This document shows positions 62,320-64,000 of a DNA stretch of 64,000 nt, in pieces. The notes under the pieces were generated by a model. That model searched no databases and was not told where the DNA came from. It saw only the letters and a list, made by a program, of their open reading frames with translations. The stretch covers positions 124,001 to 188,000 of the forward strand of contig CALSSD010000013.1 of assembly GCA_943788915.1 (NCBI GenBank), written 5' to 3'. The first letter of the stretch is position 1; the number at the start of each line of letters is the position of its first letter. The translations under genes were made by a program, and so were the position numbers. The DNA is from an uncultured Acidimicrobiales bacterium (GTDB taxonomy: Bacteria > Actinomycetota > Acidimicrobiia > Acidimicrobiales > UBA10347).

Positions 62320-63132
62320 CTAGACAGAAACAGGCTTCGGCCATACCCGAGGGAATAGATCACACTCGAGCGGTGCGCCCGATTCGAGATCAGGTTCGCG
62401 GATCAACGGCTGGAAGCTGCCTTCGGGCCGATACGTCACATCGTCGCCACAGAAGCGTGTCGCCAGCGCCCGCCGAGGCTGATCGGTCGAGTTGCCGGGG
62501 GCGTTATGTAGTGTTAAGCCGTGGTGGACGATGCAGTCCCCGGGTTCGATCTCGTAGGTCACGAACTCGTGATCATCTCGTTCCGCCTCGATGTCAGGCA
62601 GCGGTTCCAACAAGTCGCCGTAGCGGTTGTCGCCGGTGAAACTCTTGGGCTGAAACCGTTTGCCCCATCGATGCGAACCAACCAGGTACTCGACTGCGCC
62701 AGCTGCAACGGGAGCAGGGTCGAAGGGGGTCCAGACGGTGCAGACTTGATCGCCGTCGACCGGCCAATATGGCTGGTCGTGATGCCATGGTGTTGGAGCT
62801 TGCGACGCTGGTTGTTTGACGAGCAGCGTGTCGAAGAAGAGCGTCACCCGCTCCTTGGCGCCCAGGACCTGCTGTGCAATCTCAGCCGCCGGGCTGTCGA
62901 AGACGAAGGCTCGAAAGTCGTCCTGCCACGTCCACACAAAGCTGTCACCGTGGAACTTTCCCTCGAGCCCTTGGCCCAATTGCAGCGACATTGGGCCAGG
63001 ATGGGCCACCGCGTCGTCAACCGCCGTTTGCATACGAGTGATCCACGCTGCATCGAACATGTCGCGCAGACACACAACACCATCGTTCCAGAACGTCTGC
63101 TTCTCTGCCTCAGTGATCGGTCGTGCGGCCAT
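62320..63132 (-). CDS. Phytanoyl-CoA dioxygenase (PhyH) family 2OG-Fe(II) oxygenase
   Basis: TPWHHDQPYW, GSHRW, PGDCIVHHGLTLHNA..N...RRA. Confidence 0.88.
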   Translation of the reverse strand: MAARPITEAEKQTFWNDGVVCLRDMFDAAWITRMQTAVDDAVAHPGPMSLQLGQGLEGKFHGDSFVWTWQDDFRAFVFDSPAAEIAQQVLGAKERVTLFFDTLLVKQPASQAPTPWHHDQPYWPVDGDQVCTVWTPFDPAPVAAGAVEYLVGSHRWGKRFQPKSFTGDNRYGDLLEPLPDIEAERDDHEFVTYEIEPGDCIVHHGLTLHNAPGNSTDQPRRALATRFCGDDVTYRPEGSFQPLIREPDLESGAPLECDLFPRVWPKPVSV

Positions 63133-63371
63133 GGTGCGACGCTAGTCCAGCGGCCGCTCATCGACGAGTGCAGTCCATCAGTCGGAGAACGACGTGACCG
63201 GGGTGGTCGGTACCGTCCGCGATGCTTCGCAGCTGCATGGGGTCATTGCTCACCTTGCATCGATGCACGTCGAGATCATCTCGATCGTTTCGCTACCGAG
63301 GTTTCCGGACTGCGTCACCGAAGCGAGACAATCGCTCTGAAGGAGCCCGACCGCGGCGCGGAACTCAGGGC

Positions 63372-64000
63372 TTATGGCGCAGCGGCGCCGATGGTTTCGC
63401 CCTCGAGCGTGATGCGATGCATAAGACGTCGTTGACCTTGGTAGTCGTTTAACGCCCGATGTTGCACCGCCCGGTTATCCCAGATCGCCATGGAACCTTC
63501 TCGCCAGGTGAACCGGCACGTAAACACCGGGTCCGAGGCGTGCGCCCACAGGAAATGCAACAGTGGCTCTGACTCAGCGTCTGTCCATCCGGTGAAGTTG
63601 GTCGTGAAGTCGCGGTTGACATACAGCGCAGGCCGACCCGAAAGGGGATGTTTGATCACCACGGGATGGGTTGCATCTTGCAGAGCTGCCTGAGCATTAC
63701 CAAGGCGAGCACCAAGGTCATCATCAGCGGCAGCAGGAGCAAGCTTGCCAAACGCAATACGACTCGTGTGGTCAGCCGACATGTGGAGCAGTGTCTCCTT
63801 CATGCCATCGGACAGGGCGTCGTACGCCGCGTACTGCGAAGAGAACAACGTGTCCCCACCTGTCTCCGGGACCACTCGTGCCAGCAAGATCGACCCCATT
63901 GCTGGAATTTGATCATAGGAATGGTCGGTATGCCAGTGAGTACCGATATTGAGTTGCTCGTGTGGTTCCTTGCGGACCTCGGCAATTTGTGGGTGCGTCT
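63372..64000 (-). CDS. TauD/TfdA family dioxygenase, 5' end outside the window
   Basis: Frame open to the window edge: NIGTHWHTDHSY, GGDTLF, HPVVIKHP, WDNRAVQHRA, RLMHR. Confidence 0.92.
   Translation of the reverse strand, partial: THPQIAEVRKEPHEQLNIGTHWHTDHSYDQIPAMGSILLARVVPETGGDTLFSSQYAAYDALSDGMKETLLHMSADHTSRIAFGKLAPAAADDDLGARLGNAQAALQDATHPVVIKHPLSGRPALYVNRDFTTNFTGWTDAESEPLLHFLWAHASDPVFTCRFTWREGSMAIWDNRAVQHRALNDYQGQRRLMHRITLEGETIGAAAP

Overview
GC-rich bacterial DNA whose gene content points to an actinobacterium, probably an aquatic or marine Acidimicrobiia-like lineage (inference from MMPL, WS/DGAT, mycothiol-dependent MDMPI, four P450s and leaderless starts). The window is dense with catabolic genes. 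Many have single-base frameshifts that look like long-read consensus errors. I found no rRNA, tRNA or CRISPR array. The main result is three genes that the ORF track breaks at in-frame TGA codons. Each TGA sits where a catalytic Cys is expected and is followed by a SECIS-like hairpin, so these are probable selenoproteins. (1) A linalool dehydratase/isomerase (LinD)-like enzyme has BOTH catalytic cysteines encoded by TGA (GCH-U-ENTKIWPF-U-LAG; TGA at 5144 and 5171). I do not know this as a described selenoprotein family. (2) A Sec-rhodanese (TGA at 12934) lies at the end of a gamma-glutamylation/P450/desulfinase operon. (3) A ResA/TlpA-like SW-U-GC redoxin has TGA at 42644. Other notable items: larE-larB-larC1 with the larC2 half about 40 kb away and no larA, a photolyase with inverted domain order next to an FeS-BCP photolyase, a DMSP-lyase-like cupin, and a 2.0 kb islet inserted at a 2-bp core that splits a conserved gene.
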